DNA from: Octopus bimaculoides
Taxonomy: Eukaryota
Direction: 5' to 3'
DNA: 64,000 nucleotides
Assembly: GCF_001194135.2 (NCBI RefSeq)
Contig: NC_068984.1
Span: 146,061,208 to 146,125,207 of the forward strand
In this document: positions 40,101-53,039 of the stretch, piece after piece
How positions within the stretch are numbered: the first letter of the stretch is position 1
Layout of the letters: the number at the start of each line of letters is the position of its first letter
Notes under the pieces: generated by a model
Told to the model about the DNA's origin: nothing
Database searches by the model: none
What the model saw: the letters and a program-made list of their open reading frames with translations, nothing else
Translations under genes and position numbers: made by a program

Positions 40101-43100
40101 TGAAAGAGACTGCTTGTATGACAGTGACACTCGTTTACGACAGTCACCTGATGTCACATATTGGATAAGCTTTCAGTTTTTGTCCCCGCAAAAAGTCTTT
40201 GGCCAGCATTATTACTAACTAATGCTTTCCCCTATTGAAGTGCTTAGTTCAGATTTTTCCATTTGCAAAACCTGCAAAAGATTTTGCTTTCTATTGAAAG
40301 AGGACAAGCTGTCTGAATCATTTCATCTTTAAATGCCCACCACTGAGAAATATATTACATCTTGCTATACTAGGATTGTCTGTGCCCCTTCGGAGGTCCT
40401 CAGTTTCATGTTGTGTGTTTTTACCAGTAAGCTGGTTGAATGGTCTTTGTTGTCTGTTAGGCTGCAGATGTCTCCAAAATGTGTCCAACCATGACTACCC
40501 TGCATCAAGTGACAATAGTATAGATGGGTCCCTGGATCCCCTCTTGGTCTTGTGCTGATGCCTTGGGATATTTTGAGTCCTCATGAGAAGACTGGTGTAC
40601 GTGCCACAAGCAATCTTAACGTTTCTTTTTCATAGTTCAGGTTTTGACCCCATAGAAAAGAATGCTCTCTGCACACAGAATGGGACGATTGGACACAGCG
40701 GATTTGGTGTGGCTGATTGGACATTCATCCTGTAATGGCAATAACTACTTTTTGGCACTGGAGGCAAACATATACACATGCACACACACCGGCGCACGCA
40801 TTGCAGAAATATACGCATCCAAAAAGATATTGCAGTTTATAAATTGATCACAATTGGCAAAAGACTTTCCCTCTCTCTCTCTCTATACACATAAAGAGAT
40901 ACATGCTCACATAGAGAGAGGGGGAGTGAGAGAGATAGGGAGAGAAATATTTAAAAGTTTGATATCAATAAGTCAGCACCAAATCAGCAATGCCAAGTAA
41001 ATGGTCCCAAAACATCTCTTACTCTTCTACACGTACCTTGAAGGTCAGTCAGCCTTGTTGACTTTGACATACCTGATTGCCAGGTGTTGTGAAGCTTGTT
41101 ACAGGCATTCCATTTAAAGAACTCAATCATTTGAGGTTATGAAATCTCAGATAATCTTTAGCATATCTTGCCCTTGTCTACGGAACTGGGTCCCTCTCAG
41201 AAGCAGCTAAGGTACTTTACAATATTGTTTAACCCATTAAGTCCCACTGTCCTATAAATAGGACACTAAATGAGAACATTAAATAAGCTATGTCACATTG
41301 TCTCAGTGTCCTATTTATAGGACACCAAGTAATTCCATTTCTACTTGAAATAAAGGAGTTTTAATTATTGTTTTTCTCATTTTAACCTATTTTCAATCAT
41401 CTGTAAAAATTCATAAGTAATCTTCAGAAATTTAAGAACTCTGGGACTTAATGGGTTTTAAGCTACAGTTTCACCATCTTCAGTTTTTAGTTTCTGCTGT
41501 TCTTTATAAATTCTCTTATTTTCTTGTTCTTTTAGATCTTGGGTACCTGTCTCTCAAGTGTATTTGTATTCCAAAGAGTGCCCAACAGTGATGAAGTCCA
41601 AAAGAAGTGGTTTTGACCATTCTATGACTGAACTGAAAACATACATTGAAAAATACAGGTATGGATTTATTCGTTTATTCCCTTACTTGTTTCAGTCATT
41701 TGACTGCGGCCATGCTGGAGCACCGCCTTTAGTCAAACAAATCAACCTCAGGACTTATTCTTTGTAAGCCTAGTACTTATTCTGTCGGTCTCTTTTGCCA
41801 AAGCGCTAAATTACGGGGACGTAAAAACACCAACATCAGTCGTCAAGCGATGGTGGGGGAACAAACGCAGACACACAAAAACATATGCACACACACATTT
41901 ATACGACGGGCTTCTTTCAGTTTCTGTCCATCAAATCCTCTCACGAGGCTTTGGTTGGACCGAAGCTATAGTAGAAGACACTTGCCACTCTTGTGATTTT
42001 TTTTTTTGTTTTTTTTTGTTTGATAATTTTATTTTTAAAGCCTTTTGCTATTTAGTTTTTTGTTGGAGTCAAGCATTGAAAATATAAAACTTGTGAAACT
42101 TAAGCACGTGCTTAATTATATGAAATATATACATATACATATAGGTGCAGGTGTGACTGTGCGGTAGGAAGCTTGCTTCCCAACCACATGGTTCCGGGTT
42201 CAGTCCCACTGCATGGCACCTAGGGCAAGTGTCTTCTACTATAGCCTCAGGCCCACCAAGGCCTTCTGAGTGGATTTGGTAGACGGAAACTGAAAGAAGC
42301 CCATCATATACATACACACACACACACATATATATATATGTGTGTGTGTATGTATTTATGTTTTTGTCCTTGCCACCATCACTTGACAACTGATGTTGGT
42401 GTGTTTATGTTCTTGTAACTTAGCAGTTAGGGGTTGATTTCTTTGACTAAAAGGCAGTGCTCCAGCATGGCCACAGTCAAAATGACCGAAACAAGTAAAA
42501 GAAGAAAAGAATGTGTGTGTGTAGTGTATGAGATCTGATAAGAAAATTAACGAAGTAATTCTGCGTTTGATATTGTTGAAGTATCTATGTGAATATTGGA
42601 GTGATTATTGGGTGTTATCAGAATAATTAGTGGAGAAAGATAACAGGAATATATGTTGACCGAGAATATGAAGAGATCTTCTCCAATACCGTATTGTGGT
42701 CTTGTTAAAGCTTGGCCTTTTCAAAAGAATTAAGTAGTGATAGATTTATTCAAAGAAAATTGAATGTAAATCAAATTATAAAACGAAAAACTGTCCACAT
42801 TTGACAAAAATTGTATTATTTTATTTAATTATATTCTTTTTGCTTTTTTTTTTTTCTAGGCAAAAGTTTGGAACTTTTGAGTTTTATCCATTCCGTTCAC
42901 TCTACGACAGCAACAGTCCATATATCAAAAATGGGAAATCTTCAAAACTTAAATCTTTAAAGCTGCATCCTTCTCCAAAAAGAACTAAAAGTCCGGAAAC
43001 TTCCGAAATAAATTCTAAAAAGAACAACAGTTCACTAAGTTCAAGTAAATCTTCAAATAGTAGTAGTAGTAGTAGTAGTAAAAGCACATCTTCAGATAGC

Positions 43101-46100
43101 AAGATGTCTGAAAAGGTATCTGTGATTACAAAGACTGCTTCTGCTGTGAAAAACAAATACAGCAGCATCATCACAACACGTCGTGGTGCAATGCTGAAAA
43201 TGTTGCAGCTGACCTCCACCGCAGCCTCCACCGCAGCCTCCACCCAACCTACTCAAACTTTGCAGTCTACTACAGTCAGTAGTTCATTGTCATCTTCCAT
43301 ACCTTCTTCTTCTTCTTCATCATCATCAGCAGCATTTTCCACCTCCCAGTCATTTACATCAATCTCGTCTCACCCATCATCCACAACGGTAGCAATCTCT
43401 GCTGCTGTTGGAACCACCACCACAGTTACAACATCATGTCCATTTAATGCCACACCAACTGCCAGCATCACAACAACAAAAACAACCACAGCACTCACAA
43501 CAAAACCTATCACTAATAAAACCCCAACAAAACCATTTAAAAGATCTTACAGTTCGTCAATATTACCTAAAAAGCGGGCGTGTCCAGGTGTTTTCTTTCC
43601 CAGCAGTGATTCTGACTTGTCTTCTGATAAGAGTCCTGTGAAAGTGTGTATGGAAAGTGTTGGAGAAATTGAGGACAAAGTGTTTGCAAATGGAATAGAT
43701 AACCGGTTAAAAACTATCAAAACGGAACCTGGTCTTGAATTAGAAAGTTCTGAATCTCGTACACCTTCTCATATGCCTTTAATGCCAAAAAGAAAAATGG
43801 TTCAACTACATCAAATAAAACAAGAAGTGGAATCACCAGTTGATAAGAATTTGATATCACACATGAAATCTTATGTGAATTTGGCACCAAAACCTATCCA
43901 AGATAGCACGAATGTCAATCACGGTTACCCAAAAGCTGGAAGAATTTTGAAACCCAATGCTGGGTTTGACAGTATCTTGATGAAAAACAATGAAAATTCA
44001 AGCAACCAAAGGAAAGGTATGTCAAATCTTAAGTCTGTAAACATTAACGCCATAAACTGAAAATAATGGTATGTGAAACTGCTAATTTGAAGATATCGGT
44101 GTTTTCAATAAATTTTTTCCAAGAAAATGTAATTCCAGTTTTTCATTCATATACTTTTTGCAGACATGCATACCAAAACCCAAACCTATGAAAATGAATT
44201 AGAAATAGTTTGATAATATCATTGGAAAAGCCTGGAAATAAATACAAAACAGTCGTTTTTCACTATGAATCATACTTCATATGTTAGCTGTTAATTTTGT
44301 GCTACAGTCTAACCTCTGTGGGGGGTGGGGGGGGAGTCCACACAAGGAATTTCTTTTATGGGAATCAACACTTTTGGGTCTGCTGGATAAGCCTGTACAG
44401 GCTTTGGGACCCAAAGTTGGGAGAGCTCTAGGGCTACCCCAGATGGCACAAACACACACACATTCTCTCTCTCTCTCTCTAGCTTTGTCACTGTCTAACC
44501 TATGAAATGTCCATAGCCACTTTACATTTCCCATTTCTCTTGTGCATAAGGTGAGTGTCATAAGTACCAGTAATAAGCTGGTTGCAAATTTTGGTTGGTG
44601 AATTGGCAGTATTGATCAGTTTTATAGTGTTGTTATTGATTATGTTGATGTATTGTTCTGGCATGCTGTCCCCACCAACCCCTGTGAACTAAGTGGACTG
44701 GACTGTTTGAGAGTTAAGTCTCTTGGTCATATACATAGCACAATAGAGAGGTTGGACAGGATATGAACAGTTAAACATTCAATTATCTGTTAGCCCTAAT
44801 TAATCAGCTATTATGTCATTATGTAAAAGCTTTCATAAATTGTGTAACCTGATCATGTTATATAAAGACTTTGAATCTATTTCTATATAAACCCTAACTC
44901 TGTTTCAGATAAGCCAAGCTCCACACCTAACAACACCTTATCGGTGACAGGAAACAATCAATTATCATTAATATTGTCTTCACCACCAAAGAAAAATACC
45001 AGCCTCCGAAACCTTAGTGATTCTCAAATGTCGGCATTCCGACCCCTTGCCAAAATGCAGAAACAGATTTCTGTACCAATGATGAATCAACAAACAACAG
45101 ACAAAAGTTCCGTTGACCTCCAGGTCTCCGATGCTGGATTGAATTCAAACGCAGGCAACAGTGTACGCAACACTGGCAGGAAAACTGCTGCCAAGACAAA
45201 TACATTGACTTCTGCAATAAATAAGAATGGTGACAGCAAATCTAGCACAGAGTATGTTGTTTTGTGTTCTCTTAACCCTGTTATGCTCTTTCACTTTATT
45301 ATGATTGGTGCATTGTACTGTATGCTTGTTCCTGCCCCTATATTCAACTATGCGCTTGTCATAATTGATGCACTGTCCTGTCGATGTGTTGAAATGAAGT
45401 CTTGTTGTAACCAGTGTACTTTACTCTCCAATTGTTATAACTTGTGTATTGAACTGTACGGGACTTGTTATTATACTGTACTGTGAGGTAGCATTGTTAG
45501 TATGTCAGACAAAATGCTAAGTGACATTTCATCCAACTCTTTATGTTCTGAGTTCAAATTCCACTGAAGTTGACATTGCCTTTTATGCTTTCAGGGGTCG
45601 ATATAAATAAGGGCCAGTTGAGCACTAGGGTCGACATAATTGACTTACCCAACTCCCCCAAAATTGCAAGCCTTGTGCCAAAATTTGAAATGACTGGTAT
45701 TTGTTATGGTTGATAAGCTGTATTATACACCTGTAATGGCTTGTGTACCTGTATTACACAACTGACATCCCCGTACTGGGAGATACTAGTCTGCTATTAT
45801 TGATACATGAATAATTTATAAAATACCAGTGATATGACAGTCTTTTGATTTCCTCACTACAAATTCATGGCTCCTTTACGCTTGAGAACCAGTGTTGGTC
45901 TATTTAAGTCCCTGTAATTGGACAAGACACTGATTGCATAAGTAAGTAGCAATCGTAAGAAATAAGTTTTGGAGCTGATTTGTTTGACAAAATTCTTCAA
46001 GCTGGTACCCCATCATGAGCAGAGTGCATTAACTGGAACAAGAGACACCCCACAGTGAAGGGGAATATGGTTATATGTTGTCTTTTGGAAGCTTTTGACT

Positions 46101-46669
46101 TCATGAAAGGATTGAGTTTCACTTGAAGCCAAATCAGTGCCAACCATTTTGTTTTGCAAGATCTGCATTTAAATATTTCATCTGTTATTTTATTCCTTTT
46201 GTTGTTTTTTCTTTTTTCTAGTGAAAGTTCGAATCTTGCTCTTCCTTCCATTGTGACAGATGCAACTCTTCTTCTTGGACTCTTAAAGAATAAACCTGGA
46301 GAAAACTCAGCTGCCATGAGGAGTGATGCTAGCCGACCAATCGAAATCAACCAAATGGTTGAGAAATACACAAAACAGGTTTTTTGAGAGAATTTCTTAT
46401 TTTTGTATTTATTTCTGGTGAAATACACTACCTTTGTTTTAATTAATTTCAGAAATAATGAAGAATTTATATATATATATATATATNNNNNNNNNNNNNN
46501 NNNNNNNNNNNNNNNNNNNNNNNNNNNNNNNNNNNNNNNNNNNNNNNNNNNNNNNNNNNNNNNNNNNNNNNNNNNNNNNNNNNNNNNNNNNNNNNNNNNN
46601 NNNNNNNNNNNNNNNNNNNNNNNNNNNNNNNNNNNNNNNNNNNNNNNNNNNNNNNNNNNNNNNNNNNNN

Positions 46670-46713
<44 letters not shown>

Positions 46714-46979
46714 TATGTGGGCACAGGACGTCATGAAACATGTACAATAAAAAATATGAATGTTGTTAAATGCTCGAAATACAAGAGTAGAAAAACAGCC
46801 AACAACTGATGAAGGGTCGTTCTTTATGTTGTTTGTCTTGTTTTCCATTTGTGTCTTTCATTGTTCGAAAAAATAGTTCATATTCCAAGTACTTGTACTT
46901 CGTATTCTTTTGTTGTACACATTTCATGACGTCCTGTGCCCACATATGCATATATATTTATACGTATAGATGTAAGTAT

Positions 46980-47012
<33 letters not shown>

Positions 47013-49853
47013 AAAATAATGTTTAAAAAATTATTCTTGTATAAAATAAATGTTTGTAAAGTTCTTTAAAACTTATTCATTTCTTCTCTGAAAATTTCAA
47101 TATTTTTTTCTCTCTAATTCCATTAGCTATCAAAGAGCATTCGAGAATCATTTGAAGAAATGTATGCTGACATGTTGACTAAACATAGTCATCAGGTAAG
47201 ATTGTATAGCTGCATTGAACATTTATTTACTTAAATAATCATGCATTCGATAAAGGTGGTGGGCTGTGGGTTGGAAGAGGCAGAAGATTAAATAAATAAA
47301 TACTTTACAATATTTAGTTGAATTCCTCTGCATTGTGGATAGAAATCCCCAGAATTATTAAGATAAATACCAGTAATCTATTGACGACAGTTCAGTTAAC
47401 CATATCCACTTATCTGTAAAAATTTACCCTGTATATTGTTAAAAGGAATCAATAATTTTTGTGATCTTGTAATTGATGATATTTAAATAAAACAATGTAG
47501 AGAATTTATTGAATAAGGTGGGATAACTTGTTTTATGGAGCTCATTATTGCAATTTAACCTAAACAAACTAAAAACCAAACACATTAACAGATATTTTTA
47601 ATTTCACAGTATTTTGTTCAAATTTCATGCATATCAAATCTGAATATTGTTTTAATACAATTCAATAAACATTTGATTGATCAGTTCTCTGAATCATTCA
47701 TTTTCAAGAATTTAAGCTAAACATGAATCTCTCTAAATTGTTCCTATTTCACACTCTAAGGAAATCTGCTTTCATTTATCAGTTACCTAATTTGATGCCT
47801 GGACATATTAAATCCACCCCAATTCCAGCAGCACATACTCCAGAGAAAAAGGTTTTTACTGTATTAAAGTATGTAATATTGGGCAAAATTTACAATTAGG
47901 ACAAAGACATTTTTTTGTGGGGAAAAAAGTGTTTTATATGCTATCAAATAGAATAAATAAAAAGAAGCTGAACTTGAACTGTTTGTCTTTCTTTGCCCCA
48001 TGTGGTGATGATGATGATGATGATGATGTGGTGAATATTGCTTGGCTGACATTTTTTTTTTCTCCTTACTATAATTGAATTCTTACTCCCTGACTCTTAG
48101 TTTCCTCTTAAGTTTGGAGATGTATTTGCCTGGTGAGTGATTTGATCTTGAGGCTCTATGTTGAAACTAAAACAATTACAGCATTGGCAGGCACAGATCA
48201 GCCATTCAAAAACACTCAAAGACTGTTAACTTTATTTAAACACTCATTATTTGATGTCAGCATGTTTGTCACTCCAACTGTGGCCTGGTCACATCAGTGA
48301 CCAGGTTGCAGCTGATGCAATGGAAATTTTGACACCAAATAATAAATGTGTAAGTGAACTTAATTTTCTTTGTGTGTTTAAACCGTGAATATGTATCTCC
48401 CATGCTGTAATTGATATTTCAGTTTTATTCTTCTGATGTAGTTTGTCCCATAAAACAATTGATATGTATTACAAGTCTCCAAGTTGGTTTCCGTTCCTGT
48501 ATCTAGTTATTCCTTTCACTTGTGTTATTAGTCCTGAGCTTCTGGTCTAATTAATGAACCCAATAGGAAAACCATTCAAATGGACTTTCCCATAGCATGC
48601 TGTGTCTAGAAACAGATATTCTCTTTTTAGAGTTAGGTTCTTCCATTTATCTTCACTTGGAAGTACTTGTCTAAAACATTTTATCTGTATTTCCTTGTAT
48701 CTTGGAGGGTCATTTTGCCTATAATAAACACGCACACACACTGATTCTATTTCACTTTTATTATTGTTAGTCAATTGATTAATAATTTTACCAAATAACT
48801 AATCAATTGTTTTATTAATTGTTCTATTAATCACTGAATCAGGTTTGTCAGAGCCCTTTTACCACCTTTTGTGACCTCATCAATGACATGCCCACTTTTA
48901 GTTAGCATAATGACCCTCCTGACAATCAGCAAAATCTGTTGCAATGAATCCAGTTCACATCAAAAACCTTGCAAATACAAAAACGAAATTTTATCTCCAA
49001 CCTGAGGAGATTAAAACTTTAATTCATGTAAAAAGCACTGGTGATGGTGCCACATAAAAAGCACCCAGTACATTCTGTAAAGTGGTTGGCATCCAGCTGT
49101 AGAAACCATGCCGAAACAGACAATGGGACCTGGTAAAGCTCCTGATCTTGTCAGCTCTGATCAAAGCATCCAACACATGCCAGGATGGAAAATGGACGTT
49201 AAATGATAATGATGGCCACAACGATCCGGCCTCTGCTCGGATTAACTCAGCTGCCTGGTTTGACCGGTGTTTTTTACTCCGTTCCCAGCATTTTGACAAA
49301 ATCCTTTTTCCCCTCCATCATACACCTTGTCATGAAATAAAGATTCCTTGTTATTTAATTCTTTTTATTTCTTTAGATCATTATGAAACACTACCACCAG
49401 GAGCTTGAGAAACTTCGATGGATCCATGAACAGGAAATTGCAGAAATTAAACATAACCTAAGTAAGTAGAAATTCATTTATTCCAGTTTAATGTCTAGCA
49501 TTAATTCCATGTACTAATTATGCAAATATTATTATTATTATTTTATGTTTGACTTTTGTTTTGCATTTGTACAAGCTGGATCCAAGTCTCACCCAGAGAC
49601 CTCAGGAGACAACATGTTAGAAGTTCATGTAGGTGTTATGCCTAGGGTACCATATATTTGGATTTGTACAGTTTTGTTCAAGTGAATGTTTAAGAAACCA
49701 TAAGAAAATTATGTGTTTGTTTTAAAATTTGAGATCACATAGACAGTATTTTATGTAGGATATGGGCAGTTTCCATGAGCACTATCTTTTGAACTTCAGC
49801 CATTTTGGGGTTTCCTGGTATCTGAGCTAGGTAGTAATCAGCCCGTTTCGCTG

Positions 49854-49891
<38 letters not shown>

Positions 49892-52800
49892 GTTAGGAGG
49901 AGGAGTTTACTTAAAAACAATGAAAGGGCACAGCTAAGAAAGAAGTGGCTTTGTTTGATTCAGTAAAAATGATAAAATGTGCTTCATTTGAACAATAAAT
50001 AGCATTGCCTTTATATAGTTAATGTAGGCCAGTAGATGGATTAGATATGGTAACTTATTAATTTAAACATAGGTCACATTTTTTAGTGCCAGGTCTGTAG
50101 ATAAATGGAAAACTTTATACAGTTAAATCGAAGGATGTTAAATAAAGACCCTGCAATTGTAAGGCTTACTAATTGGTGCAGTTGAAATATGTAGGTCTGT
50201 GTAAAGCTATATCTATATTAAAAGAAAGGTAATGCTCTACAACTTTGTAATAACCCGTATTTTTGTTATCATTAATATATATGTATATATATATTATGTA
50301 TTTATGTATATGAGAAATCATTAATATTATTATTATTATTATTATTATTATTATGTGTGTGTGTGTCTAAATGTAATTGTTGATTGAATGTGTTTTGGTT
50401 TCCTCAGATCTGACTGTGGCAGAGATACGAGCAAGTTGGGAAAATGAGAAAGAACGTTTTGCTTCCTCAATCCGAGAACAATGTGATATTGAAAAGATGA
50501 AATCTATTGAGGAAACAAAGAAGAAACAATGGGTATGCTTAGTCTTGCTTTTGTCCTGTTCACTTCTTTCATATATTTTCACTGCATGAAAAAGCAGCAG
50601 ATGGTCGAGTCCATCTGGTGCCAGACAACCAGTCAAATAATTGCTCAATCACCTCCTGTCGTTGGTGTTATTGTGCTGTATCTGTCATAACATTTAATTC
50701 TCAGCATCCTGATTAATCTAAGCAAGTAAAACATTAATTAAAACAGCCGTCTGTGTATCATTCTTAATGTGTATGTACGCAGTCGATAGGCCAGTTGCTG
50801 TGTTATTTGTCCTGAGATACATTCCTGATTATTCTGGCCGTGCCAAGGAGGCAAACCTTTTGTAGCAATTCTTCTGGGCACCCTGTTCCAATTTCCTTTT
50901 GTATCCTTCTTGATGCTTTCTGATACTGTCCCCAAGGAAACAACAATGATTGGCTCTCTCTTCACCTTCTTCATTTTCCATAGCTGGGCTATTTCGTGCT
51001 TAAGAGGTTTATTATTGCTGTTGTTGTTAAGGTGAGCTAACAGAATTGTTAGCGTACCGGGCAAAAAGCTTAGCGGTATTTCATCTGTCTTCGCATTCTG
51101 AGTTCAAATTCAGCTGAGGTCAACTTTGCTTTTCATCCTTTCGTGGTTGATAAAATAAGTACCAGTTGAGCACTGCAGTTGATGTAATCGTCTATCCCCC
51201 ACTGCCCACCAAATTTCAAGTCTTGTGCCTAGAGTAGAAAGGATTATTATTATTATTATTCTTCTTATTATTTCTAATGTTCTTTGTTTGTATATTTAGT
51301 GTGCAAACTGCAGTAATGAAGCCCTGCTGTATTGCTGCTGGAACACCAGTTACTGTGGTTACCAATGTCAGGCAAACCACTGGCCCCAGCATATGAACAG
51401 CTGTACGCAGCAACTCTCTCAGACAACCAGTTCAACAGTGCAACCCACAGCGACCCCTACATTGCCTTCCACTCCATCTGCATCGGCCACAACGGCCACA
51501 GTATCAGCAGCAGCAGCATTGTCAACAACAACAACACCGACAACCACATTTTCTGGTACATTGATGACGGGAAATCCACAGAATATGATTGTCCTCAATG
51601 ATGCCTTACCCAACACAACGAGCACGACTGCCCCGATTGTCATCTCTACCATGCGACAACAACCTGTAACAGCAGCAGCAGCACAACAACTGCCAGAGAT
51701 TAGATCTGTTGAGACGCTGAATGTGAGTAAACACTTGTCTAATTCTTTGTTACCAAAAATAATCTCAAGCAATTGCAGTGTTTTAAAAGACATAAGTGAA
51801 CCATTTAGAAAAACTCAAGAACTGTCAAAAGTTACCAGTTTTTTTTTGTTTTTTTTTCTGTTTCTGAACAGTTTACTTATGTCTTCCACTCTGCAAATCA
51901 CTTTACTTCCCTCATTTGATCTCAGATCAGAACGCTTGCTGTGCAAGTCCATCTCCATAATATTCACTAGGCTTGATAGAATCATGATGAGAGAGTTGGG
52001 GTTAAATGAGGATGTTTACCTTCTTTTAATAGTAAGAATGGAATGTAGTGTTTGTAATGTTATCAGGGCTTCCTCCAAGACTGGTGGATACAAGGGAGGA
52101 AGTTATTGTTGGACACAAGACCTGGTCTGAATTCTTGCTACAAAGAGGAACCCTGCTATGTTTAAATCCTTCCATGGGCCTTGTGAAACTATGGAAGAAC
52201 AACTCCAGAGAAATATCACAAAATATTACAGCTTGGTCAGACTGTTAATCTTATCGTATGTATTTTTGTGTAAAGTGTATTATATTCTTTTCTACTGTAG
52301 GTACAAGGCCTGAAATTTTTGGGGATGGGGGGCAGCAGTCAATTAGATCAACCCTAGTATGCAACTGGTACTTAATTTATTGACCACAAAAGAATGAAAG
52401 GCAAAGTCGACCTTGGTGGAGTTTAAAGTGTATTATATTAACACCTGTCATATTTTTTCGTGTCTGTACATTTTGGGGTTACATATTAACACATTGAAGC
52501 CATACTCACACAGTTTTGTTGTCAAGTATTTTTACATGTGGTACTTTTTATCTGAATGGTAAGATCTATTGCCTATCCTACATAGAAATAACTAGAATTA
52601 TGAAGAAAAATTGCAAAATCATCTTCTACCATGTATATATAAGTATATATGGCTCAGTGGTTAGAGCGTCGAGCTTACGATCATGAGGTTGTGAGTTCGA
52701 ATCCCAGACCGGGCTGCGTGTTGTGTTCTAGAGCAAGACACTTTATTTCATGTTGCTCCAGTTCACTCAGCTGTAGAAATGAGTTGTAACATCACTGTTG

Positions 52801-52979
52801 CCAAGCTGTATCGGCCCCCTTTGCCTTTCCCTTGGATAACATCGGTGATATGGAGAAGGGAGACTGGTATGCATGGGCGACTGTTGGGCTTCCATAAAAA
52901 AATTTTGCCTGGTTTTGTGCCTGGGAGGGTAACTTTCTAGGTGCAATCCCAAGGTCATTCATGACCGAAGAGTGTCTCA

Positions 52980-53039
<60 letters not shown>

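Noticed and set aside
52650-52725. tRNA gene
   Set aside because: The tRNA-like head runs straight into a SINE C body shared with 28841; no acceptor stem or terminator. The same applies to the head at 59100-59172.
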